Positions 1 through 11,974 of a stretch of 64,000 nt of DNA are shown here, piece after piece. Location of the stretch: assembly GCA_963921275.4 (NCBI GenBank), contig OZ001293.3:5184001-5248000 (forward strand). The letters run 5' to 3'. The notes beneath the pieces were generated by a model. The model was not told where the DNA came from. It saw only the letters and a program-made list of their open reading frames with translations, and ran no database searches. The translations under genes were made by a program, and so were the position numbers. How positions within the stretch are numbered: position 1 is the stretch's first letter; the number at the start of each line of letters is the position of its first letter. The stretch is from an uncultured Hormoscilla sp. GTDB taxonomy: Bacteria; Cyanobacteriota; Cyanobacteriia; Cyanobacteriales; Desertifilaceae.

Positions 1-6
1 TCACAG

Positions 7-430
7 ATGACCTCCGCCATCCCTGCTGACGAGATGGCGAACTATCTGCTGGTGATGGAGTGGATGGTCAAGCAGCAGCAACTGCTCAAACAACAGCAGG
101 CTAGAATTGAGAAGCAACAGAAAGAACTAGAGGCTCTCGGAAAATTTACAACTCTCCTCCGAGCTGAAGAAACTGAAAAACCGGTCGTCTCAAAACAGTT
201 CTGTCCCCCCCTCACAAGACCTTCTCAAAAAACCTTCAGCCCCTAGCAAGGGTAAAAAAGGTAAAAAAGGCGGTCCTAAAGATAATCACTTTGGTAAGAC
301 AGGCTCCGGGATTTGGAGAACCCGATCGCACAGAACAGCTATTGCCTGTAGCTTGTCCCACTTGTGGAGCCCAGGTAGAGCCGGCGACAGGTGCTCCCAA
401 GAAAGTTCAACAAATCGCAGAACTGCATTT
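7..430 (+). pseudogene. IS66-like transposase N-terminal fragments (frameshifted)
   Basis: Coiled-coil N-terminus, then 'GFGEPDRTEQLLPVACPTCG...QQIAEL' zinc-finger segment typical of cyanobacterial IS66 transposases; broken into short ORFs. Confidence 0.55.
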
Positions 431-1445
431 GAAACAATTTACAATGGAGTTAGTTTGTTCATTTGTTCAGGTGATGGAGATATTCCATTTTCCATTATGG
501 ATGAAAATGGGAGATGGAAATCAATCAGACTAAAAACAGTTTGCGAAAACGATAAAAGAGTTCAAAAATAGTTTTAATTTTTCAGGTCTGATGGTAGCAG
601 ATGCAGCATTATATACACAAGAAAATTTGCAATACTTAGGTAATGTTGAATGGTTGACTCGAGTACCACTAACAATAAAATCAGCTCAAAAGCTAGTCAG
701 GGAGATGGATAAAGATAATTTAACTCCTAGGGAGCAGGCAGAATATAGTTATGCGGAAGTTAAGCAAAATTATGGAGGTATAGAACAAAGATGGTTAGTG
801 TTGAAAGTCAAAAATGTCGAGAAGCGGACTTAAAAAGTTTAGAGGAGAAAATTAAAAAAGATTGTTGCTGAAAAAAAATTAAAAGATTTAAGCGAACAAA
901 AGTTGGCCTGCAAACCGGATGCTATTAAAGCAGCTAATAAGCTATTAAAAAAGTCAAAATTTCATCAATTGACAGAAATCAAGACTCAGTCTATTTTCAT
1001 AAAAGATGATAATGGTTCCTCAGACTGCCACTATCAAATTCAAGCAACTGTTAGCCTTTGTTCAGAAAAAATAGAACAGCTAAAAGACCAGGCCGGTAGG
1101 TTTATTTTAGCAACAAACCGGCTCGATGTTGAGGCGTTAACTCCGTCAAAAATGCTCTCATCATATAAAAATAAACAACAGTCAGTAGAAAGATGCTTTG
1201 CTTTTCTGAAATCCCCGATGTTTTTTGCGGATAGTGTATTTCTCAAATCCCTAAAGCGGATAGAGGTTTTAGGTTTGATTATGGTGTTATCCTTGTTAGT
1301 TTATAAGCTGGTCCAGAGGCAGATAAGGAAGACGCTTAAACAGACAAGACCTCTCCAAAAATTGAAATCCTTACTAGCCTTGAATTTCAAGTATGGATCT
1401 CACTTTCTCACAGATGTGATTCATACGACAAACATCGGTATTTGA
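425..1445 (+). pseudogene. IS1634-family transposase remnant (several frameshifts)
   Basis: Motifs 'GDGDIP...GN.SD', 'VADAALYT', 'WLTRVP', 'GRFILATN', 'QQSVER.F.FLKSP.F..DSVFLKS' spread over ORFs 353-571, 591-833 and 903-1445. Confidence 0.8.
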
Positions 1446-1641
1446 TAGAGCTCCTGTAAATATTGTGCTTCTATTGCATGGTATTGATTAACCTCAAAAT
1501 TGAGGGCGCCATTATCTCGATCTACTACTTCTAAAATCAACGCGCCAATTCGCAATCTAACTAGCCCACAAATAGTGAAAATTACTGAATTATATTTTTC
1601 AGGATTTAAAGGAAATCTTTCACGGGCAACTCAAAAATTTA

Positions 1642-2323
<682 letters not shown>

Positions 2324-2336
2324 TTCACCAATCTAA

Positions 2337-3345
2337 TTATGTGTAAAATGAGTTGGAAAAAGTGCGGCGTAGAAAATCGAAGCCCGTGCGGAAGAGACTC
2401 TTCTCGCGTCGTCCATGAGAGCGCAGACGAATCGGCGAACACTCGTGAGTCCAAAAACCTGCCTTCATTGCCCAGGTAAAAGCCAGGCTCAGCAAGGTCA
2501 GCAAGCGGCTTAAACGCTCCGAGTTGTCAAAGTGAAGACAGAAGCCACGGCTCTTCAAGGCTCCAAACATATTTTCAATGCCCCAAGGCTGGGCATAATC
2601 CCGCAGAGCAGTTTCAGGTCGAGCGTCGGTGATGAGGATAAGCAGCTCCCCCGACTCAGGCAGACGAGAGCCAATTACGTAGACCTTTCGTCCCCAAACC
2701 CAGCGGCGACCGGACAGAACACGAGATCCCCCGGCCGCAGAGAGTGAAACATCCGTTCTCCACGACGACGAGTCTTGCCGGACTTGGGGCTGCTCGCTAT
2801 GGCGGATGCGCAGACGGAAGGGAATCTTCGGGTCGAGCAGAAGATAGGAAAGCCATTCCTGGCCGACGAACTCCCGGTCAGCGGTTAGGCAGGCCACCTT
2901 CACTTCCGGAAACAGGGCCTCGAAGCGGTCGAACAAGTCCATGCGCTCGTTACTATTACTGTTGCCTTTCTTATCGAGCATCGTCCACAGCAAAGGGAAA
3001 GCGATGCCCTCGTGGACGACTCCCAGCATCAAAATGTTGAAGTGCGTTTGACCGAAAGACCAACAGGTGCGATCAAGGCTCAACGTCCAGGGGAATGTTG
3101 ATGAGGCTCACCACGAAACGGGCGATTTCTACCAGGTTGAATTCAAATTCACCGAAAAAACGTTGCCATTGCTTGTAATTCGAGGAGATTTGTACAGAGG
3201 TGGCTCCGACAGTGGCTAGTTCGGCTAGATTTACTGTCTTGGCTTGAAACAGCGCCATCAGGAACAGGCAAACAAAGTTTAATCGCGCTCCGTGCCAGTG
3301 AAGGTTCCGACGCAAGGTGTCCCGTAATCGGTTAAGCTCGTTCAT
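2337..3345 (-). pseudogene. IS4-family transposase, frameshifted
   Basis: 'MNELNRLRDTL..HWHGARL' N-terminus plus 'SLDRT.W.FG', 'LTADREFVG', 'WGIENMFGALKSRGF' in two frames (3073-3399, 2337-3083). Confidence 0.85.
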
Positions 3346-3384
3346 GAGAGGAGAGATGGTGTTGTGGTGATTCCTATCTAACCC

Positions 3385-3607
3385 CTGAGGGGGCGACATG
3401 AGCCCTCAAAAGCTTACTAGATAAGGCTTTGAGGCCAATAGATTCGTCCAAGATACAGTCGCATCAGTACCATCCTTTCATTTTCATGAAGCTCAAACCC
3501 TTATAACTACGTCGTCTGTCTGCCCAAAACAGCATGTATCTTGTTGAAGCTTATGGGCTGAAATTCTTACGCTCGTATGGATTTCAGCAGGCATGTCGCC
3601 CCTCCAG
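3385..3607. mobile_element. MITE (223 bp) inserted upstream of the IS4 transposase
   Basis: 16-bp imperfect terminal inverted repeats CTGAGGGGGCGACATG / CATGTCGCCCCTCCAG flanked by a 9-bp direct repeat ATCTAACCC (3376-3384, 3608-3616). Confidence 0.8.
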
Positions 3608-4073
3608 ATCTAACCCTCTCACCTCCACTTCGCGCTACTCCCACTCTGCTCGGTTTCCACCTCACCTCTGAGCCCTCTCTCCCGCACTCGGCGCTCTATT
3701 CCCGTATCGGTAAGGCTTTCAGCATTTTTGTCCTGTACTTAGAGGTCGTTTGACTGATAGACCAACTTTGCGTTGGATATTTCAATGTTTTCAGTCAATT
3801 CATATCTATATCGATCGCGGCATTAAACAGATTTCAAATATTAATGAAGAGCGTTTACATTAGATATCTCCAAAAATAAAACCATTGCCAGTTCTGGGTT
3901 TCAACCTCCGCTTCGCATTCTCACATATATTACTCAGACGATAGCATCGGGGTTTGATAGAGTTCCTGTCAATAAAGCGCTCCAAATATGGTATTGATTA
4001 ATCTCAATTTTACCAGAGCCATCACCAGATTCTGATACTTCTAAAATCAACGCGCGCAATCTAACCAATCCAC

Positions 4074-4345
4074 ATCACAGCAAATACAACCAGATTGAGC
4101 GGTGTTGGGCGGCACTGGAAAACTATTGGAACGGAGCTATCTTAGATTAAGTTGAAGCTGCTATTCAATGGGCTAGCAATATGACCTGGAAAGGCATTAA
4201 ACCGATTGTTCATTTGGTCACAACTACCTAGGAAACTGGGGTTAAGGTCTTGGCAGATGCATTAGAACCCTACAAAGTCTTTTGGCAATGCTCTGAAAAC
4301 TTGCCCAAATGGGATATCACCATTGTCCCCTCCTGACTGGTATCT
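4074..4345 (+). pseudogene. ISAzo13-family transposase C-terminal remnant
   Basis: Manual translation HSKYNQIERCWAALENYWNGAILD*VEAAIQWASNMTWKGIKPIVHLV, with in-frame stops. Confidence 0.65.
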
Positions 4346-4369
4346 TATTTTCCCGCAAGTCCCTAACCA

Positions 4370-5563
4370 CTAAGAAAGAATTTTTCTCCACAGAGACTGG
4401 TATTGGGCAACGGTAGCTGCTGGCAGAGGCAAGAGAAATTCACTTGCCTCCAGAATGGCGCGATCGGGCAGTAGAATAGGATTATCTCGTAAAGCTTGAG
4501 GCAAATCAGCAGGGTTGAGCTCAGAGAGCAAGGGTGATGATGCCTTAGCGAGCAAGGAAAATTGACCAGCTTTATCTTTTTGCAAACAAAAATCAATCCA
4601 TTGGTTTGCTAGAGTGTTGTCACCGTTGGTAACAGAGGCAGGTCGTACCCACAAATCTGCCCAGAGAGCAGTGCCAGACTGGGGCACCACGCTAGCAAGA
4701 AGCTTGTAGCGCCCCATCGCAGGTCCGACATCCGTTGACCACCCAACTGCCACCCAGGTATCCCCTTCGATCAAGGGTTGCAGGTAAGCCTCATCGCTGT
4801 AAAACCTAGTCTGTTGGTGCAGTTTATGCAATTCCTCTGCCAAAGCAGGAATATCGTCCAGATTCTCACTATTATAAGAGTGGCCCAGCTTTTTCAAGGT
4901 TAAGCCGATCGCTTCTCTAGGCTGGTCGAGAAGAGAGATGCGACCCTTCAATTCCTCGCGCCAGAGGTCACTCCAATCAGTAGGTTGCCATCCCAAAGAC
5001 TTAAACTTGTCTCGGCGGTAGACAATCACAGTACTACCCCAGCGGTAGGGAGCACCCCAAACCTTTCCATCCGGGTCTGCTTCACCTCGGTCATTCCGCT
5101 TGACCAATGCTTGCCAGATTTCTGGCAACTCCTGCCACCTATGCAGTTGTTCTGGGTTCAGAGGTTGAATTAGATTCTTGTCAATAGCTGATTGTAGCCA
5201 GTAATCTCCCAAAGTGACCAAGTCAGGAGTGGGTTCAGGTTTAGAGTTCCAGAAACGAAGTCGTGTCAGTAAACCAGGCTTTTTGGGCGCTTCAGCACCA
5301 GAAAGCTGCAACAGCAATTTAAACAACTCCTCAAGCTGAGCTACAGGAGTAAAATCCATGACTGCGGGTTGTTTCAATTCCTTGCGAAATTGACCTAACA
5401 TCTGGGCAGGAATCGAGTTTTTCAACAGTTTGACTCTCAGGCGGTCCTGCTGTCGGGCCCTGCATCCGGCTACTGTTGCCAATAGTGAGGCTCCCGCCAT
5501 CAGACCCAGAGCATCTGTACAAGTACCTAGGATAAAACTCCGACGATTCATACTCACATTCAA
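4370..5563 (-). CDS. Extracellular solute-binding protein, PotD/PotF polyamine-binding-like, Tat/lipoprotein-type N-terminus
   Basis: 397 aa; 'MNRRSF..' signal, 'WGAPYRWGSTVIVYR', 'PTDWSDLW', 'GTALWADLWV'. Confidence 0.85.
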   Translation of the reverse strand: MNVSMNRRSFILGTCTDALGLMAGASLLATVAGCRARQQDRLRVKLLKNSIPAQMLGQFRKELKQPAVMDFTPVAQLEELFKLLLQLSGAEAPKKPGLLTRLRFWNSKPEPTPDLVTLGDYWLQSAIDKNLIQPLNPEQLHRWQELPEIWQALVKRNDRGEADPDGKVWGAPYRWGSTVIVYRRDKFKSLGWQPTDWSDLWREELKGRISLLDQPREAIGLTLKKLGHSYNSENLDDIPALAEELHKLHQQTRFYSDEAYLQPLIEGDTWVAVGWSTDVGPAMGRYKLLASVVPQSGTALWADLWVRPASVTNGDNTLANQWIDFCLQKDKAGQFSLLAKASSPLLSELNPADLPQALRDNPILLPDRAILEASEFLLPLPAATVAQYQSLWRKILS

Positions 5564-5837
5564 TACTTTTACTTTTCACTTTTACCTTAGCTTGCCAGTT
5601 GCCGGTGTTATCCCCATTTTGCCAGAAACCTGGTTTTTTGGAAAAACCGGGTTTCTCAGCTACCGGTGAATATCCACGCCGCTTTCATCGACCCATCTGT
5701 AGCAACCATTTTCATAAATGTAAGTATTTATTGCTGAATTATTACTAAAAGTTAAATAATTCAAAAAGTTATCAAGTTTATTATCAAAAATTTTTTAGGA
5801 TAATAAACACTCATCAGCAGAACTACTGGAGAACACC

Positions 5838-6209
5838 ATGGAACGAGTTAGACAGCAAATTGCCGCTTTGACGATCAAAGTCGATCTTATGTCTCAAAGT
5901 CTCGAGCAGTTAAAGTATAAAATTGCCCAGCTTTTGTCCGAGCAGAGTTTAAATACCGTTAAACCAGATAGACCCAGTCCAAGTGTAATTCGATACAAGT
6001 ATCAAGACAGTAGCCTAGGTCATGCAATGATGGATCACAAGGATGTGCTTGTGGATGATAATTATCCACAAAATAACGATATCAGCGTCGATATAGAGGT
6101 ATCACCCGAAATCCAGATCCAAAGACTGACAGCTCAACTTACTGCTGCTTACAATCGAATTGCAGCGTTAGAAGAACAACTCCTATCTCAGAGAACCCAC
6201 GTTCAGTAG
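5838..6209 (+). CDS. Conserved cyanobacterial hypothetical coiled-coil protein
   Basis: 123 aa, GGAG RBS, C-terminal 'PEIQIQRLTAQLTAAYNRIAALEEQLL'. Confidence 0.75.
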   Translation: MERVRQQIAALTIKVDLMSQSLEQLKYKIAQLLSEQSLNTVKPDRPSPSVIRYKYQDSSLGHAMMDHKDVLVDDNYPQNNDISVDIEVSPEIQIQRLTAQLTAAYNRIAALEEQLLSQRTHVQ

Positions 6210-6519
6210 GTAACAGGTCAGCAGCGGGTGCGCAATATACCCACGCAACAAATTCAACCTGAAAGGGTTCGCGCTCGCTCGCCGGGTTGGCGATCGCAGC
6301 AAGGAGGAGGCAGGGTAAGCAATCAAGCCCGCTTAATAATCATCCAATGGCAGGGGTAATTTATTCAATGGCAGAAAAAAATCATTCAATGACACAGATT
6401 ATTCATCCAATGGCAATGAAAAATTATCGAATGGCAGATTAAAAAACATTCATAGGAGTTTGTTGTTAGTTTTCATGTCTATTACCGTGGCCTCACTAGG
6501 AAGTCTGTGCTACTGATAA

Positions 6520-7653
6520 CTAACAATTTACATATTTTTCCCTGGCGACGATCTCGATTAAGTCTTCAATTTCTTGGAGGAGTTGCATCTGCTTCCAACC
6601 TTGGTACAGAGAAGCCGCGATCGCACATCCGCCGCATCCCACGCCTTCCTTGACAAAACCCCGCTCATATGCCACAAGCTGCGGAAAGCGAGATCTCGCA
6701 AAACTCAGCAGGGTGGCAATCAGGGGTACAGAACCGATGGAGTTAGCTAGACCGACAGTGTCGCCGGTGGGGTCTTCGGCAACCCAGCGGGTGGTGCCCA
6801 CCACGACCTGTTCCGGTTGCCATGCTAAAGCATACTCGCAGGCGATCGCCTGCATCAGGCCATAGACCGCTAACATTTGGGTCCCGCCTGCTAGCAAAAC
6901 ACCGGCGGTGCGGCTAGCGGCGATCGCCATGGCAGCAGCCACAACTTGCATCGGATCGCCCACTGCGGCTACCAGTTGTAGCGGGTCAAGAGGGTAGGTT
7001 CCTAGAGCTTTCCCACCGGCAGCTTGTAACCCTGCTTGTACCACATCCCACTTCTGGGCATGATTGCAGGCAGGATGGCTGCTATTGACCTTACCGGCGG
7101 CAGGGATACCTAAGCCAGTTAATAGGGACAATGCCGTAGTAGTTCCCCCGACCACGCACTCGCTGATAATCAGATACTCGGCCTCGCGACCCAGTTTCTC
7201 TCCCCAACTGAGTCCCTGATGCCAAAGCTGTTTCACCATTCCTAGTTCTAGGGCTTTGCCGGTAGTCACGCAGCGTGCAGGTGCCCCATTTAAATCAATT
7301 GTCGGTACTGATGGTGTCGCAGGCAAACCCCCATTGAACAGATAAACCGGGATGTCCAGTGTGGCCACCACAGCCCGGGAAATTAACACAGGTGAAACCC
7401 CAGCATCCAACGGCGGCAAAGGATATTGAGGTTGTCTGGTCGGGCCATTGTACAAAAACTCCGCATCGGCCAGGCAAGTATATCGCCGATCGGCTGGGGT
7501 TGCACCAGCCGCTGAAATGCCAGGGATCAGACCCGTGTCAGTAAAACCCAAAATACAAGCAAAAACTGGGCGTCGCCCCCGATAGCTATCTAGCCACTGC
7601 TGACCCAGTTGATGCTGGGTATAAACGCGATACAGGTAGGGTGATTTGGCCAT
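6520..7653 (-). CDS. cobT: Nicotinate-mononucleotide-dependent phosphoribosyltransferase (CobT, cyanobacterial/archaeal type)
   Basis: 'GFTDTGLIPGISAAG', 'ECVVGGTTTA', 'LAGGTQM', 'GFVKEGVG.GG' motifs; exact start uncertain. Confidence 0.85.
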   Translation of the reverse strand: MAKSPYLYRVYTQHQLGQQWLDSYRGRRPVFACILGFTDTGLIPGISAAGATPADRRYTCLADAEFLYNGPTRQPQYPLPPLDAGVSPVLISRAVVATLDIPVYLFNGGLPATPSVPTIDLNGAPARCVTTGKALELGMVKQLWHQGLSWGEKLGREAEYLIISECVVGGTTTALSLLTGLGIPAAGKVNSSHPACNHAQKWDVVQAGLQAAGGKALGTYPLDPLQLVAAVGDPMQVVAAAMAIAASRTAGVLLAGGTQMLAVYGLMQAIACEYALAWQPEQVVVGTTRWVAEDPTGDTVGLANSIGSVPLIATLLSFARSRFPQLVAYERGFVKEGVGCGGCAIAASLYQGWKQMQLLQEIEDLIEIVAREKYVNC

Positions 7654-7669
7654 AGGGAGAGGAAAAAAA

Positions 7670-8350
7670 TCAATCCTCATAGTCGAGAATAACTTGCACC
7701 CATTCTGGGGGCGGGGGAATAGGAGTTCCCAGACGTTCTAGCAGCAGGGATGACACCAGATGGACCACGAACATGTAAATGGCATTGTTCGCCAGTACCA
7801 AAATTACGGCGATCGCCTGAATCAAGGATAGACTAGGCACGACTAGCAACCCCAGCTTCAGGAATGCCCAGTCTATCAAGCCTGTCACTTGCACCGTCAC
7901 GTAAACCCACAAATCATCTCCCAACAGGATTGATACCAGCCAAATCCTAAAGAAAAATCCTAAAGAGCCCAGCAGCGTACCCAAGGCAATCGACATCATC
8001 CAACCAGCCCCCCGTCGCCACAGGGCTCCCAGTTGCACTCCCAAGAGACCAAAAGGAATCACAAACAAAATGCTGCGAGTCGGTCCCATCAGCACCGTCA
8101 GCAGCAAACCAGATACCGTCGCCGTCATCCAGGCCGTGCGATTTTCCCGCCGCAGGTACGCCAGAGCGATCGGCACCGGGAAAAACACTCGCAACACTGG
8201 TCCCATCGGAAAGTAGTAATTCACTAGCCAGATCATGCTGGATGTACTGGCTAAAAATGCCGCCTCCACCAGAGGCAATGGTGCCATTTTATTTGGTTTT
8301 TCCCCTGCTGCCTGACTTTCGGTGTCTGCTGCGGATTTTTCCGGTGCCAT
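7670..8350 (-). CDS. DUF2232-family membrane protein
   Basis: 226 aa hydrophobic protein, 'LVEAAFLAST', 'LMGPTRS'; lies between the crp-like gene and cobT. Confidence 0.75.
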   Translation of the reverse strand: MAPEKSAADTESQAAGEKPNKMAPLPLVEAAFLASTSSMIWLVNYYFPMGPVLRVFFPVPIALAYLRRENRTAWMTATVSGLLLTVLMGPTRSILFVIPFGLLGVQLGALWRRGAGWMMSIALGTLLGSLGFFFRIWLVSILLGDDLWVYVTVQVTGLIDWAFLKLGLLVVPSLSLIQAIAVILVLANNAIYMFVVHLVSSLLLERLGTPIPPPPEWVQVILDYED

Positions 8351-8378
8351 TTTTATCTCATGCCCCTGGGTAATAGGG

Positions 8379-9077
8379 TTATACCATCATCCGCTCCAGA
8401 GCATGAAGATCTGGGATGCAAAGGATATCCCGATCGCGCACTATCAGATTTTTCTTCTCCAGCTTACTCAACACCCTGGTCACCGTTTCCCGTGCCAGTC
8501 CACTCAGACTACTCAGTTCCCGGTGAGGTAAATTAGGAATTTCCACTCCTTCGGTAGTGCGTTTGCCCTGTCCATCGGCCAGAAACAGCAGAATATCTGC
8601 CACCCGCGAGGTACTATCCGACTCCCGCAACCGCAGACGCCGGTTTACCTGACGCAAACGTTGTGCCATCAACTGAGCTAATCTAATTCCCGCCTTCGGT
8701 TCCGTATTAATCAGATGGACAAAATCCGAGGCTGGCATATTACCTATCCTAGTCGGAACCAGGGTGATCACATCTGTCGAGCGAGGCACCTCCTCCAGAG
8801 GGGCCATTTCACCAAACAACTCTCCTTTGCCGATGATATTCAGCGTCACCTCCTTGCCATCCAGATTGTAGGTGCGAATTTTCACCCAACCATCTAGAAT
8901 GAAGTACACCGAACTTCCCCAGTCATTTTCCAGCAAAATCACCTGATTAGATGGATGGGTGCGCACCACAACCTGAGCTGTCGCCCGCTCGATCGAACTT
9001 TCGGGTAATCCTTCAAACAACGGTGCCGAGCGAATTTCTTCTGCACTTGATTCGCGGGTGTTCAGTCTGTCTACCAT
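8379..9077 (-). CDS. Crp/Fnr-family transcriptional regulator
   Basis: cNMP-binding 'GELFGEMA..PRS' and HTH 'HRELSSLSGLARETVTRVL'. Confidence 0.93.
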   Translation of the reverse strand: MVDRLNTRESSAEEIRSAPLFEGLPESSIERATAQVVVRTHPSNQVILLENDWGSSVYFILDGWVKIRTYNLDGKEVTLNIIGKGELFGEMAPLEEVPRSTDVITLVPTRIGNMPASDFVHLINTEPKAGIRLAQLMAQRLRQVNRRLRLRESDSTSRVADILLFLADGQGKRTTEGVEIPNLPHRELSSLSGLARETVTRVLSKLEKKNLIVRDRDILCIPDLHALERMMV

Positions 9078-9397
9078 AGGGCATTATGCCAATGTGAACG
9101 CTGGAGGTATAATTATAGCGGCCCGGTTGGAGCTTTTTAAACTTGCCGGTGACTATTTGGACCTTTCCATCGGTGCAAGCAGGATTTATATCAACTATCA
9201 TTCCACCTCCTAGATAATATAATACATTTCCAGGTCGCGCAAGTATCTCTCCTAATCTTTTACCCTTTGCAAATTGTTAAAATGCTAGATATTGGTAATT
9301 TATAGGTGCGATTCCTTCTGGCGTAACTGGGCACCACGTTCAGGATAGTCAGGTGGGGTAAAACCCACAACTCAGGCGTTATGAGGGTTAGATTCCC

Positions 9398-11331
9398 GTG
9401 CGATGAGTTCCAGCCTAACGTAGTCATATACGGAACGCTGGCCTAGGAAACTAGGAACTCTGGTAATCATGGGGGTTTAATGGTCGGGGTTTAATGGTCG
9501 GGGTCGAGCTGGGAATCACTCCCCAACCCTCCAAGAGCGAAACCTGAAGAGCGACTGGAACCGCACACGGCTACTGGTTGGTAAGCTGTTGTCATCAGTA
9601 GGATTACTGGGGGTTACCCCCGTTGTCCCTTACCCTTTGAAATTTTACCCCTTATGGTCAATCCTATTGGACCGTTTAAGTACTGAGCTGCGGAAGGTTC
9701 GCGGAGGATAGTTCAGCAAACCATACTCGCCGCTCTTTACTAACATCTTCCCCATTCTGCTTTCCGCTTTTCGTAAGGGCTCTGAACTTTACCTGGCTAA
9801 GATTTGAATCCAAAATTCGTACTTTCGGAATTTCTCCCTAGTTCTGTGACATTAAGGTTACTTTTCCCAAGGGTGTCTTACCATATCCGTCCTACGTCTG
9901 CATATCCACAGGCATTACCCTGGGCGTTAGCTTCTTAGGACATCCTTCTTCTTCGTGGCTTGCGCTTTACATCTAACTTGTCCAAATGGGGACAGCTCAC
10001 GAGAGGTTACTTCGTTCCCTAGTATCATTTCACGATGCTTTTAGGTTCCTACTATACCCCGGGAGTTCTTTGAGTACGTTATTAGCCAGAGGCAAGAGCT
10101 AATACTAACTACCATTTCCCTTTTTGGGCAAGCGCATAAGCCTTCTTCCGCTGGTTCTGGTTAACGAGGTTTACATAGGTTCGCTTGTTCTAACCATTAG
10201 CATCTTTCCTAGCGGCGTCACCGGCTTAGGCTGCCAGTTATCCTACATTTAAGTCCTCGGGAGGCACCACGGCGATGTGGCTCCGTAGCACCTCCGACCG
10301 GTAGTACCCTCGACCCCCGTACCTGGGGAAAGGGAATTTAACCCCCATGATAACCAGAGTTATCTGGCTGATAGAGCCAGACCCGACTTTCACCTACTGG
10401 CTTATGCCGGAACGAATCGCACTCCCCCTCCCCAGGTACAGGGGTAACCGCGTGAGGTGCTGCGAAGTAACATCATCGTGGTGCCAAGCGAGGACTCAAA
10501 TGTAGGATAACTGGCAGCCCAAGCCGGTGACTCTGCTAGGAAAGATGTCCATGGCTAGAACAAGCGAACCTATGTAAACCTCGTTAAACCCAACCAGCGA
10601 AATAAGGCTTAATGCGCTGGAACAAAAGTTAATGCAGTTAGTGTTAATTAGGGAATTGGCTAACATTGTACCCAAATAACTGCCGGGGAAAAGTAGGGGC
10701 CTAAAGGCATCGTGAAATGATACCAGGGAACGAAGTAACCTCAGCGAGAGGAACGAAGTAACCCCCGTGGTGCTGTCCTCATTTGGACAAGTCAGATGTG
10801 CGTCCGCGTAGCGTGCGCGCAGCGCATAGCGCATGCCCATGAGGGGAGAGATGGCCCGAGAAGCTAATGCCTAGGCGGTGTCTGGAGCATGCCTTGGTGT
10901 CTGGAGCACACCGAGTCCTTCAGGACAAGAGTGTGCGGAAGACGCCAAAGTCCTTCAGGACAAGAGCATGCGGAAGACGCCGGTAATGCCTATGGATACG
11001 CAGACGCGGGTCGGTGATACTAGTAAACTATTGGTACAAGTAGCTCTAAAATGTCATAAGCCCATTTACAGCGTTAGCGAAAGCGAGTTGAGGATTGAGG
11101 AATGTTTAACTGGTAAAACGGAGTGTTAAATGGTGATACTAAAGGTTATCCGGCAGCTCCACTCACCAACCAGGAAAGGGGCGGACGTGCAAGTAGTAAG
11201 GGACAATGGGAGTAATCCCTAGTAATCCTACCCGTGAAAGGGGCCTAGTACCCAGTAGCCGTGTGCGGTGAAAGTCGCATGCACGGTTCCGAAAGGGAGG
11301 GTTGTCCCGCGAGGGACAGCTCGACCCCGAC
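9398..11331 (+). mobile_element. ORF-less group II intron Y nested in X, same orientation (own sequence 9398-9481 plus 10423-11331)
   Basis: GTGCGATGAGTT start directly after ATTCCC; canonical domain V AGCCGTGTGCGGTGAAAGTCGCATGCACGGTTC; ends CTCGACCCCGAC; EBS1 GGGAAT at 10651-10656. Confidence 0.88.
9497..10422 (-). mobile_element. ORF-less group II intron Z (926 nt) nested antisense inside Y
   Basis: Minus strand GTGCGATTCGTTCCGGCATAAG start at 10422, end CTCGACCCCGAC at 9497; domain V mutated; same 5' end recurs at 63956. Confidence 0.87.
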
Positions 11332-11974
11332 TCATGTACAGGGGTGACACTGGCCCACCGTTCCGGAAAAATCGGTGCTGTGGAGCAACATCATCACGGT
11401 GCTGAGCGAGGGCAAATGTAGGATAGCTTCCAGCCCTGAGGAGGCAACGCCGCTAGGAAAGATGTTCACGGTTAGAACAGGCAAACCCATGTAAGGGTCG
11501 TCATGTCAAATCGGTGAAATAAGGCTGAAACACCGGGCACAAAAGTGCATGCAGTTAGGACTAATGCTCTATAATCATTAGTTTTGTACACAAACAACTG
11601 CCAGCCTATAATGGGAACCTAAAGGCATCGTGAAATGACGTTTGGGAACGAAGTAACCCCTGTGGTTCTGTCTCTAGGGACCAGCCAGATGTGAAGCGCA
11701 TGACCACAGTCTTAAGGATGGCCTAAGAAGCAAATGCCTGGGATAATGCCTAGGATATGCAGACGTAGGTCGGTGATAGTAGGAAGTCTTGGGTGAAAGT
11801 AGTCCTAAAAATGCTATGAACCGGTAGGTGACTGCCAGGTATGTATGAAGACGTAAGTCTTGAAGGGACCAAATCTCATGAGGCAAGGGACAACGGGAGT
11901 AATCCCGAAGTTACCTACTTATGACAAGGGCCTACTACCCAGTAGCCGTATGCGAGGAAAGTCGCTCTTTAGGT

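Noticed and set aside
10877..10981. Short repeat-spacer-like pattern as a possible mini-CRISPR
   Set aside because: Only two copies of each unit, no unique spacers, no cas genes; local duplications inside intron Y
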